A DNA stretch of 14,306 bases from Nanobdellota archaeon (GTDB taxonomy: Archaea; Nanobdellota; Nanobdellia; Woesearchaeales; JAHWHD01): contig JAYENX010000027.1 of NCBI GenBank assembly GCA_034722435.1, positions 1-14,306 of the forward strand, read 5' to 3'. Of the stretch, positions 1 through 7,200 are shown one piece after another. The translations under genes were made by a program, and so were the position numbers. Under the pieces are notes generated by a model, which did no database searches, was not told the DNA's origin, and worked only from the letters and a program-made list of their open reading frames with translations. Every line of letters begins with the position of its first letter. Position 1 is the stretch's first letter.

Positions 1-244
1 GTTGTTTTTATTAATTTGTTTCTAAACTTGGTTGTGTTTCTTCTTATTTGTTAATATATTATTAAATCTAAGTGTATTTGTGGATTATTTTTTGTTATTT
101 GTTTTTTTAATTTTTTCTGTTTTTGTTGTATTTTTGATTAAATTTATTTTAATTTTTGTTAATGTGTTTCTAAAGCGCTTCTTTTTCTTTGTTTTTGTTA
201 ACTCATTACTTAATTGTTATATTCTTTATTGTTTAACCCATATG

Positions 245-286
245 TTTAAATATTAGCTATTTGTATTTATTCTAAATTGTGAGGTG
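245..286 (+). promoter_or_regulatory. TATA box (TTTAAATA, 245-252) and Shine-Dalgarno-like GAGGTG (281-286) for the gene at 293
   Basis: GAGGTG lies 6 nt before ATG 293 and is complementary to the archaeal 16S 3' end. The TATA-like box is about 40 nt upstream of the ATG, which fits a leadered mRNA. Confidence 0.6.
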
Positions 287-292
287 TTTTTT

Positions 293-649
293 ATGACAAA
301 TTTAGTTGCATGTTTAAGTACAGGAAAAGGTACGTGGGGGCATGTAGTAAGATTGATTGCTGAGTATGATTGGAAAAAGATTATTCTTATAACTAATGAA
401 TTTGGACGAGAGAATTTTAAATCTGAGAAAAATATTGAATTTGTTGTAGTTGATTCTCTTAAACCAGTAGGGGAACTTATCAATGATATTAAAGTGGGTC
501 TTAGGGGTAAATTTTCTGGAACTGAAGTGGGTCTTAATCTTGTTTCAGGTACTGGGAAAGAACACATGGCTTTATTGTCTGCAGTGCTTAAGCTTGGATT
601 AGGTGTAAGGTTAGTGGCTGTAACAAAAGATGGAGTTCAGGAGTTATAA
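293..649 (+). CDS. Small conserved-looking hypothetical protein, CARF/Rossmann-like fold (118 aa)
   Basis: ATG 293 follows the SD; the ORF-track GTG at 284 is part of that SD. The alternating beta/alpha pattern LVACLSTGKGT...KIILIT...FVVVDS...VGLNLVSGTGKEHMALL resembles the CARF 'v.lTGGxKxm' motif. The CDS is clear; the fold call is tentative. Confidence 0.75.
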   Translation: MTNLVACLSTGKGTWGHVVRLIAEYDWKKIILITNEFGRENFKSEKNIEFVVVDSLKPVGELINDIKVGLRGKFSGTEVGLNLVSGTGKEHMALLSAVLKLGLGVRLVAVTKDGVQEL

Positions 650-1237
650 TTCACTAACATAAATTCTGTAACCGCTTTTTTTTGCTAGATCTTTTACATT
701 TCCAAATACTTCTAACATTTTTTTTCTAAGCATTTTACCGCCTTTATTATGTACTGCAACTAATTGTAGAAGTCCTTTATCTTTAAGATGTTGTTTTGAA
801 TCTTCAATTATTTGGAGGCAAAGTTTTCGACCTGCTTTGAAAGGAGGATTAACGAGGATTGTGTCAAATTTTTGTTCTTTAAGTTTTTCATATAAATCTC
901 CTCGTTTAATTTTGGCAGTTACTTTATTGAGTTTCATATTCATTTTGGTTAGTTTAATTGCTCTTTTGTTGATATCTGTCATGGTTATGTCTGTATCGGG
1001 AAAAATTGTCTTAATGGTAATCCCTACAGGTCCATAACCGCAGCCTAAATCAAGAACGTTCCATGAATCTTTTATTATGCATTTATTAATTAGGAGTTCG
1101 CTTCCTTTGTCAATCTTTCTGATTCCAAAAACTCCTGAACCTGTATAGAATTCGAATTCTCTATTTCTTAAAATTGTTTTTATTTTATTAAGTCTAAGTT
1201 CTGATGTTTGGTGTTCTTTGTAGTAATGTTCTGTCAT
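644..1237 (-). CDS. Class I SAM-dependent methyltransferase, MTS/RsmC-like small family (YbxB/MJ0882-like), probable RNA methyltransferase
   Basis: N-terminal HYY, F-x-T-x-SGVF-x-x-x-x-ID-x-GS-x-LL, motif I VLDLGCGYG, acidic D-IN-x-RA, motif IV NPPF, and C-terminal K-x-GY-x-IY. Confidence 0.92.
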   Translation of the reverse strand: MTEHYYKEHQTSELRLNKIKTILRNREFEFYTGSGVFGIRKIDKGSELLINKCIIKDSWNVLDLGCGYGPVGITIKTIFPDTDITMTDINKRAIKLTKMNMKLNKVTAKIKRGDLYEKLKEQKFDTILVNPPFKAGRKLCLQIIEDSKQHLKDKGLLQLVAVHNKGGKMLRKKMLEVFGNVKDLAKKSGYRIYVSEL

Positions 1238-1261
1238 TATTAAACCTATAAATCATTAATT

Positions 1262-1269
1262 TATATAAA
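1262..1269 (-). promoter_or_regulatory. TATA box (TTTATATA) of the methyltransferase gene
   Basis: Lies 24 nt upstream of ATG 1237. Confidence 0.55.
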
Positions 1270-1311
1270 AAGATATTGTTATATGTGAATTTAATTAGAA
1301 ATAATGATGAT

Positions 1312-1323
1312 AAAAATAAAAAA
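1312..1323 (-). terminator. Oligo-U terminator-like tract
   Basis: TTTTTT-A-TTTTT on the minus strand, starting 6 nt after the stop at 1330. The AT-rich context weakens this call. Confidence 0.3.
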
Positions 1324-1329
1324 TATAAT

Positions 1330-2442
1330 TTATTTTTGCATTACGCCATATAAATAGTAAAGGAGTCTTTCGCTAGCTTTTACAATCTCTTCGCCTTCAC
1401 CTTGAATAGTAATACAGTTGTTTTCCATTATTACTTTGGTTTCTTCACTTTCCTTAAACACAATCGCCGGTTTGTCTGTGGTGTCGCAGGTTATGATTGG
1501 ACGGTCTTCACAAGATTTTGTTTTATTAACTGTGCATGCTCCTTCAAGAGATATTCTGAAAGCTTTTACAAAGTTAGTACCTATTTCTCCAGTGGAAAGA
1601 GTGATATAGTTAAGGTATTCTCCTTCTGGATTGAATGAAAGATATACTTTGTTAACGTTTTTGAAACTTTCGTCAATATCTCCTTCAATAGGAATACTTT
1701 CTAGTTCGACGGGTCCGTGATGAAGTCTTACGTAATATTCAGTTTTTGGGTCTATCTTAATATACGTGTACCAAAGTTCATCATTGCCTTGGCTAAAGTC
1801 AAAACCGTTATACGAATACATTGAAGAAGCGATTATGTTAACAGATTGACCTGATGGATTTTGAATTTGTATAATCTCTTCTTTACTGCCGCAATATCTT
1901 ATGCTGAATATTGCTGCAATGATTAGTATTATTATGAGAATTGTGATTCCAAAATATTTTATGCTTCCAGTATTTTGTTCATAATTTGGTAGGTTGTTAT
2001 CGGTTGAACATGAAGGACATGTATGTGTTTGAGGTGGTTCTGGTTTTACTTCTTCTGGTTTAAGTTCCACTTTTTCAATTCGTACATCTACTTCTGCTTT
2101 TTCTGGTTCTTTTATTGTTTCTGGTGTTTCTTTAGTTTCGATCTTAATCGCCTCTTTCTTCGTTATGTTTTTTTTGGTAATTTTCTTTTTACTTTTTTTA
2201 ACCTTTTTACTTTTGATTTTTTTTTCTTTTGGAGTATCTTTAAGTTTTTCTTTTTCGTCTTTTTTATTAATCTTTTTAACTACTTTCTTTTTAGTAGTTT
2301 TTCTGCGTTTATATTTTTTAGTTTGAGTTTTATTAAAGGATTCGAAGTTATCTAAGGGTATACTTCCATCTAAGGGTATATCTTCTGCAGGTGCAATAGT
2401 GATGTCCTGGTTTATGAGATATTCTACTTCTTCATTTGCCAT
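1330..2442 (-). CDS. Single-pass membrane protein with a Lys-rich N-terminal tail and a Cys-containing C-terminal (probably extracellular) domain (370 aa)
   Basis: Start moved from 2502 to ATG 2442 (MANEE) because TTTATAAA sits 22 nt upstream. Domain order: Lys-rich segment, E/P-rich linker, CPSC, TM helix YFGITILIIILIIAAIFSI, then a globular domain (YSYNGFDF...LWYT...PIITC...NCITIQG...ERLLY). Confidence 0.85.
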   Translation of the reverse strand: MANEEVEYLINQDITIAPAEDIPLDGSIPLDNFESFNKTQTKKYKRRKTTKKKVVKKINKKDEKEKLKDTPKEKKIKSKKVKKSKKKITKKNITKKEAIKIETKETPETIKEPEKAEVDVRIEKVELKPEEVKPEPPQTHTCPSCSTDNNLPNYEQNTGSIKYFGITILIIILIIAAIFSIRYCGSKEEIIQIQNPSGQSVNIIASSMYSYNGFDFSQGNDELWYTYIKIDPKTEYYVRLHHGPVELESIPIEGDIDESFKNVNKVYLSFNPEGEYLNYITLSTGEIGTNFVKAFRISLEGACTVNKTKSCEDRPIITCDTTDKPAIVFKESEETKVIMENNCITIQGEGEEIVKASERLLYYLYGVMQK

Positions 2443-2464
2443 ACGAAAACTGATTAAATTGTTA

Positions 2465-2472
2465 TTTATAAA
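2465..2472 (-). promoter_or_regulatory. TATA box (TTTATAAA)
   Basis: Lies 22 nt upstream of ATG 2442. Confidence 0.55.
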
Positions 2473-2566
2473 GATTATTGTAGTGTAAATATTGTTTTGC
2501 AATAGAATTTGGTCTTATTATATGTTCTGTAATTATTGTAAAATGTGGTTTGTAATTATCGTAAAC

Positions 2567-2574
2567 TTTAAAAG
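2567..2574 (+). promoter_or_regulatory. TATA box (TTTAAAAG) with an upstream A-rich BRE-like stretch
   Basis: Lies 22 nt upstream of ATG 2597. The same AACTTTAAAA context occurs upstream of queA. Confidence 0.55.
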
Positions 2575-2596
2575 TGGGTAAATGTGTTATTTTGGT

Positions 2597-3292
2597 ATGG
2601 TTAAAAAAGCTTTAATTGAGTTAAGGAATGTTCATAAGATTTATCAGATGGGTGATGTTGAAGTAAATGCACTTAGTGGTGTCTCTCTTTCTATTAAAAA
2701 GGGTGAGTTTGTAGCTATAATGGGTCCATCTGGTTCAGGTAAAAGTACTATGGTAAATTCTATAGGTTGTTTAGATGTGCCTACATCTGGTTCAATATTT
2801 TTAGATGGGCATGATATTTCGCATATGACTGAATCGAGTCTTGCACAGGTAAGAGGGAAATTGATAGGGTTTGTATTTCAGCAGTTTAATCTTGTTCATA
2901 CATTGACTGCGTTAGAGAATGTGACGCTTCCAATGATATTTCAAGGCATTCCCAAAGAACGAAGGTTGAGAAGAGCTAAAGAGTTATTGGAGTTGATGGA
3001 TCTCGGGGATAGGATTCATCATAAGCCTAATGAGATGTCTGGCGGTCAACAGCAAAGAGTTGCTATTGCAAGAGCTCTTTCTAATGATCCTGATTTAATA
3101 TTGGCAGATGAGCCAACTGGAAATCTTGATTCGAAAACAGGTAAGAGTATAATGGAGTTTCTTAAGAAATTGCATAAACAGGAAGGAAAGACGATTGTTC
3201 TTGTAACGCATGATGAGTATCTTGCAAAAGCGGCAGAAAGGATTGAATATTTGAAAGATGGTGCCATAATACGTTCAAAAAAATTGAAATAG
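2597..3292 (+). CDS. ABC transporter ATP-binding protein, LolD/MacB/SalX family (231 aa)
   Basis: Walker A GPSGSGKST, Q-loop FVFQQFNL, signature MSGGQQQRVAIARAL, Walker B LILADEPTGNLD and H-loop VTHD. ATG 2597 is preferred over 2582 on TATA spacing. Confidence 0.97.
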   Translation: MVKKALIELRNVHKIYQMGDVEVNALSGVSLSIKKGEFVAIMGPSGSGKSTMVNSIGCLDVPTSGSIFLDGHDISHMTESSLAQVRGKLIGFVFQQFNLVHTLTALENVTLPMIFQGIPKERRLRRAKELLELMDLGDRIHHKPNEMSGGQQQRVAIARALSNDPDLILADEPTGNLDSKTGKSIMEFLKKLHKQEGKTIVLVTHDEYLAKAAERIEYLKDGAIIRSKKLK

Positions 3293-3365
3293 TAATAATT
3301 ATGATTTTGATAATATATAATCTCTATTAAATATGTTGAAATTAATTAAATATTATGATAAAGTA

Positions 3366-3373
3366 TTTAAATG
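3366..3373 (+). promoter_or_regulatory. TATA box (TTTAAATG)
   Basis: Lies 20 nt upstream of ATG 3394 and 14 nt upstream of ATG 3388. Confidence 0.45.
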
Positions 3374-3387
3374 AATAATAATTTAAA

Positions 3388-4749
3388 ATGGCTATGAAAA
3401 ATAAAGCAGGTGTGTTGATAGCAATATTTGTAATTTTAATATTTTCAGTAAGTGTAGTTGCTGCATCAAATTCGGGAACTACTTGGAATGTTGTTGATTA
3501 TGAGAATGTTCAATTAACTTTACTAAATCAGAATCCTGATCCTGCTGAACCTGGAGAGTTTGTTGAGCTCAGGTTTAACGTTGTAAATACTGGTTCAATA
3601 GTTTCAGATGCTAAATTTGAGATTGTTGAGGAGTTTCCTTTTACTGTTGTATCGGATGAATTGCTTGAAATTACTGAGTTCAAGGGTGGTGGAGATAATT
3701 CTTATGTGTTATATTATAAAATAAAAGTTGATGAAGATGCAGTTGAAGGTGATAATGATATTAGGATAAGGTTTGCTTTATCAGATGGTAGATGGGTTAC
3801 TGCAGGTCCTTTTACAGTAAGAGTGAAGACTCATGATGCTGTGTTAAGTGTTGAGGATATTTCACTTGAACCTGAAAAACTTTTACCTGGTAAAGAGGGT
3901 GAGTTGAAGTTTGAATTAAAAAATTGGGCTGATTCTTTATTGAAAGATATACATCTTAAGCTTGAGCTTGGTGGTACTCATTTTAGTCCAGTTGGAAGTA
4001 CAAATGAAAGAACAATAAGTAGCCTTAATTCAGGGGAAAGTATTTTTTTAACGTACAAACTTTTTGTCGATGGTGAGGCCTCTGCTAATATGTATCAGGT
4101 ACCTATAATGTTGACTTATTCTGATGAGACTGGTATAGTGTATTCAAAGAATGTAACAATTGGAGTTTTTGTTGATGGTGAACCCGAGTATTTTATGAAT
4201 TTGGAAGATTCTGATGTATATGAAACAGGTAAAGCGGGTAAGGTAGTTGTAAGTCTTTCAAATATTGGACCAAGTGAAATGAAATTTCTTACAATGGAGC
4301 TTAAAGAAAGCGATGATTATGAAGTGATATCTAATAATAAAGAATATTTAGGGAATTTAGAGAGTGATGATTTTGAAACTGCAGAATTTGAGATACATAT
4401 TAATAATGTGAAAAAAGAGATTTTGTTAAATCTTGAACTTATTTACAAAGATTCGTATAATACTGAGTTTGTCAAGGATGAATATTTATCTTTAAATATT
4501 TATTCTAGTAGAGATGCAGTTAAATTTGGTTTTGCTAAAGGGGTTAGTTTTTTACCTTCAATACTTTTATTTGTTGGAGTTGCAGTTTTAATATTCTTGT
4601 TTGGTTTTTGGATATATATGTTGATAGATATTTTTAAACATCCTTTGAGAAATCCTGATAAGCAATTACTTTGGATTTTTTTAATGGTTGTACTTCTCTT
4701 TGTAGGCGCGTTTTTGTATTACGTCTTTGCGAGAAGAAGGAGAAAATGA
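3388..4749 (+). CDS. COG1361 S-layer-domain family membrane-anchored protein with a C-terminal PLDc_N-like helical hairpin
   Basis: Signal peptide (KNK-AGVLIAIFVILIFSVSVVA); three repeated beta-sandwich units (PDPAEPGEFVELRFNVVNTG, PEKLLPGKEGELKFELKN, TGKAGKVVVSLSNIG); TM helix; then WIYMLIDIFK...K-x-LW...LL-x-VGAFLYYVFARRRRK. Its position between ABC ATPase and permeases is the usual archaeal context. The start may be 3394. Confidence 0.85.
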   Translation: MAMKNKAGVLIAIFVILIFSVSVVAASNSGTTWNVVDYENVQLTLLNQNPDPAEPGEFVELRFNVVNTGSIVSDAKFEIVEEFPFTVVSDELLEITEFKGGGDNSYVLYYKIKVDEDAVEGDNDIRIRFALSDGRWVTAGPFTVRVKTHDAVLSVEDISLEPEKLLPGKEGELKFELKNWADSLLKDIHLKLELGGTHFSPVGSTNERTISSLNSGESIFLTYKLFVDGEASANMYQVPIMLTYSDETGIVYSKNVTIGVFVDGEPEYFMNLEDSDVYETGKAGKVVVSLSNIGPSEMKFLTMELKESDDYEVISNNKEYLGNLESDDFETAEFEIHINNVKKEILLNLELIYKDSYNTEFVKDEYLSLNIYSSRDAVKFGFAKGVSFLPSILLFVGVAVLIFLFGFWIYMLIDIFKHPLRNPDKQLLWIFLMVVLLFVGAFLYYVFARRRRK

Positions 4750-5924
4750 TTTTAGATTATTTTAAAATTGCTATCAATAACTTGATTCATCGTAAGCTAA
4801 GAACGTGGCTTACGGTTATAGGTATAATTATAGGTATAGCTTCTATTATAGCTTTAGTTACTGCAACTCAAGGTTTGCAGAATTATGTTGAGTATCAATT
4901 TGAAAGGATGGGTACTAATCGGTTAATGATTTTACCTAATACTTTTGATCTTTCTGGTTCTTTTGAAGGTCTAATCGAAGACGATGTCGATGCTGTTGAA
5001 CGAGTTTCTGGCTATGAACGGGCTTCCTCAATAATTTTTGAGAGAGTAACTGTTGAGTATAAAAAGCAAGTTGAGCTTATAGGGTTAATGGCTTGGCCTG
5101 CTGATCATTCGGCAGAAATTTTTGGTGATTATGGTTTAGGATTTGTGGCTGGAAGAACTTTTGAAAAGGAGGGTTCTAATATTGTTTTAGGTTATAGGGT
5201 TGCAAAGGATCTTTTTGATAAAGAATTAAGAGTTAATAATAGAATAATAATTGAAGATAAAACTTTCAAAGTGGTGGGTGTACTTGAAGAGGTTGGTAAT
5301 CCTGAAGATGATAATATTGTTTATATGCCGCTTGAAACTGCAAGGAAATTGTTAAATAAACCTAATTCAGTTGCTTTTATTGATGTTAAAATTAAAGATG
5401 GGGTTGATATTAATCAGTTTGTAGGTAAGCTTAAAAGAGCTCTGGAAAGGATTAGAGATGAAAAAAGTTTTCAGATTTTAACATCTGAACAATTACTTGA
5501 ACAATTCGGGGATATTTTAGGAATTATACAAGCTGTACTTGTCGCCGTAGGGGGTATATCCTTATTAGTTGGTGCAGCAGGTATTGCAAATTCTATGTAT
5601 ACATCAGTTCTTCAAAGAAAGAAAGAAATAGGTATAATGAAATCAATTGGTGCCCGAAGAAAGGATATAGTTTTGCTTTTTTTGATTGAGTCAGGTCTTC
5701 TTGGTTTTGTTGGAGGAGTGATTGGAGTTATATTGGGTGCTTTAATGGCTAAGCTTGTAGGAGTTGCTGCTGCAGGGGCAGGATATGCTATATTTAGAAT
5801 TGAAATTACGGCAGCTATTGTAATATTTGGAATAATTTTTGCGACAGTTGTAGGGATGGTAGCTGGTGCGTTTCCTGCTAAGAATGCTGCTAAACTTAAA
5901 CCTGTGGATGCGTTAAGAGGTTGA
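4746..5924 (+). CDS. ABC transporter permease, MacB/FtsX (SalY) family (392 aa)
   Basis: The true start is ATG 4746 in an ATGA overlap with the upstream stop, not 4671. N-terminal N-L-x-x-R-K-L-R-T-x-LT-x-IGI-x-IG, large extracellular domain, GIANSMYTSVLQRKKEIGIMKSIGA, C-terminal PAKNAAKLKPVDALR. Confidence 0.95.
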   Translation: MILDYFKIAINNLIHRKLRTWLTVIGIIIGIASIIALVTATQGLQNYVEYQFERMGTNRLMILPNTFDLSGSFEGLIEDDVDAVERVSGYERASSIIFERVTVEYKKQVELIGLMAWPADHSAEIFGDYGLGFVAGRTFEKEGSNIVLGYRVAKDLFDKELRVNNRIIIEDKTFKVVGVLEEVGNPEDDNIVYMPLETARKLLNKPNSVAFIDVKIKDGVDINQFVGKLKRALERIRDEKSFQILTSEQLLEQFGDILGIIQAVLVAVGGISLLVGAAGIANSMYTSVLQRKKEIGIMKSIGARRKDIVLLFLIESGLLGFVGGVIGVILGALMAKLVGVAAAGAGYAIFRIEITAAIVIFGIIFATVVGMVAGAFPAKNAAKLKPVDALRG

Positions 5925-5928
5925 ATAT

Positions 5929-7110
5929 ATGGTGATGGATTTTGTTTTGTTAACATGGAAAAATTTGAAAAGTAGAAAGATGCGTAGCTGGTTAACTATT
6001 ATTGGGGTTATAATCGGTATAGCTGCGATTGTTTCTTTGTTTTTGATTTCTCAAGGTTTACAAAATGCTGTTGAACAACAATTTGAAAAGATGGGTGTTA
6101 AGAATATTAGAGTTGTCCCTGGAGGTTTAACTGGTCCGCCGACTGGCGCGTTAAGGATGGATATTGATATTAAAGATAATATTGAACGGGTGAAGGGTGT
6201 TGATTATGTTGATAGTGTTCTTATGGCGAATGCAGAGGTTGAGCTTGGTAAAGAAACTTTATTTTTTTCAATAATTAGTTATGATACTGATCTTGGTGAG
6301 GAAGGGTTTGTTGATATGGATATTGAACCATTAGAAGGTCGACTTTTACAGAAAGGTGATCGTGATGTTGTTCTTTTAGGTTGGACTATTGCCAAGGATG
6401 CTTTTGATAAAGAAATATTTGCAAAGAACAGTATTGTAGTGGAAGGAAGGAAAATGAAAATTGTAGGAGTGCTTGAAAAAACAGGTACAATTGATGAATC
6501 TGTTTATATGCCATTGGAGACTGCGCAGGATCTTTTAGGTATATATAATGAGATTAATGTTTTTGTGGTTAATATTAAGGATGGTATAGATATAACTAAT
6601 GTAGCTGAAGATATTAGGCATGAATTGGAGCGTGATTTGGATGAGAGTGAGTTCACAGTTTATACTCCTGAACAATTATTGAATCAAATAAATGATATAC
6701 TAGGTATTATTCAAATTGTTTTAGTTGGAATTGCTGCTGTTTCTTTGCTTGTTGGTGCTATAGGGATAATGAATGCAATGTTTACATCTGTACTTGAACG
6801 GACTCGAGAGATTGGGGTTATGAAAGCCATAGGTGCAAAGAATCGAGATATATTGTTGATATTTTTGATAGAATCTGGATTTATAGGTTTGTTCGGAGGC
6901 GTAATTGGTGCGATTATAGGTGTAGTTCTTGCAAAAGTTGTTCAGGTTGGGGCAGCTGCGTTTAATTTTTCTTTGCTACTTATAATTATAGACTGGAGAG
7001 TTATTGTTTTTTCTTTAGTGTTTGCTTTTTTTGTTGGGGTTATATCAGGTATAGTTCCCGCGTTAAAAGCTGCAAAGTTGCAACCTGTAGATGCTTTAAG
7101 ATACGAGTGA
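5929..7110 (+). CDS. Second ABC transporter permease, MacB/FtsX family (paralog of the upstream gene)
   Basis: KNLKSRKMRSWLTIIGVIIG, GIMNAMFTSVLERTREIGVMKAIGA, PALKAAKLQPVDALRYE. It begins 4 nt after the previous stop; ATG 5935 is an alternative start. Confidence 0.95.
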   Translation: MVMDFVLLTWKNLKSRKMRSWLTIIGVIIGIAAIVSLFLISQGLQNAVEQQFEKMGVKNIRVVPGGLTGPPTGALRMDIDIKDNIERVKGVDYVDSVLMANAEVELGKETLFFSIISYDTDLGEEGFVDMDIEPLEGRLLQKGDRDVVLLGWTIAKDAFDKEIFAKNSIVVEGRKMKIVGVLEKTGTIDESVYMPLETAQDLLGIYNEINVFVVNIKDGIDITNVAEDIRHELERDLDESEFTVYTPEQLLNQINDILGIIQIVLVGIAAVSLLVGAIGIMNAMFTSVLERTREIGVMKAIGAKNRDILLIFLIESGFIGLFGGVIGAIIGVVLAKVVQVGAAAFNFSLLLIIIDWRVIVFSLVFAFFVGVISGIVPALKAAKLQPVDALRYE

Positions 7111-7200
7111 AACGAGAATCTTGAAGCTAGGAATGAAATGACTATGCTTTGCGTTACGAATGAAATTATTATATTTTGAGATTTGAATTAAAAATTTCAG

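Noticed and set aside
32-256. 74-aa F/L/V-rich plus-strand ORF that looks like a membrane peptide
   Set aside because: It has a TTG start, no promoter or RBS, and its stop runs into the TATA region of the next gene. A 61% T sequence naturally avoids stops and reads as hydrophobic.
644-1237. NPPF motif suggesting an N6-adenine DNA methyltransferase of a restriction-modification system
   Set aside because: Its size, HYY/SGVF N-terminus and motif order fit the MTS/RsmC-like family. There is no target-recognition domain or adjacent nuclease.
1588-1598. TCCAGTGGAAA, matching the archaeal ORB core
   Set aside because: It is a single copy inside a coding region, with no G-string, flanking DUE or cdc6/orc1 in the window. 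Most likely chance.
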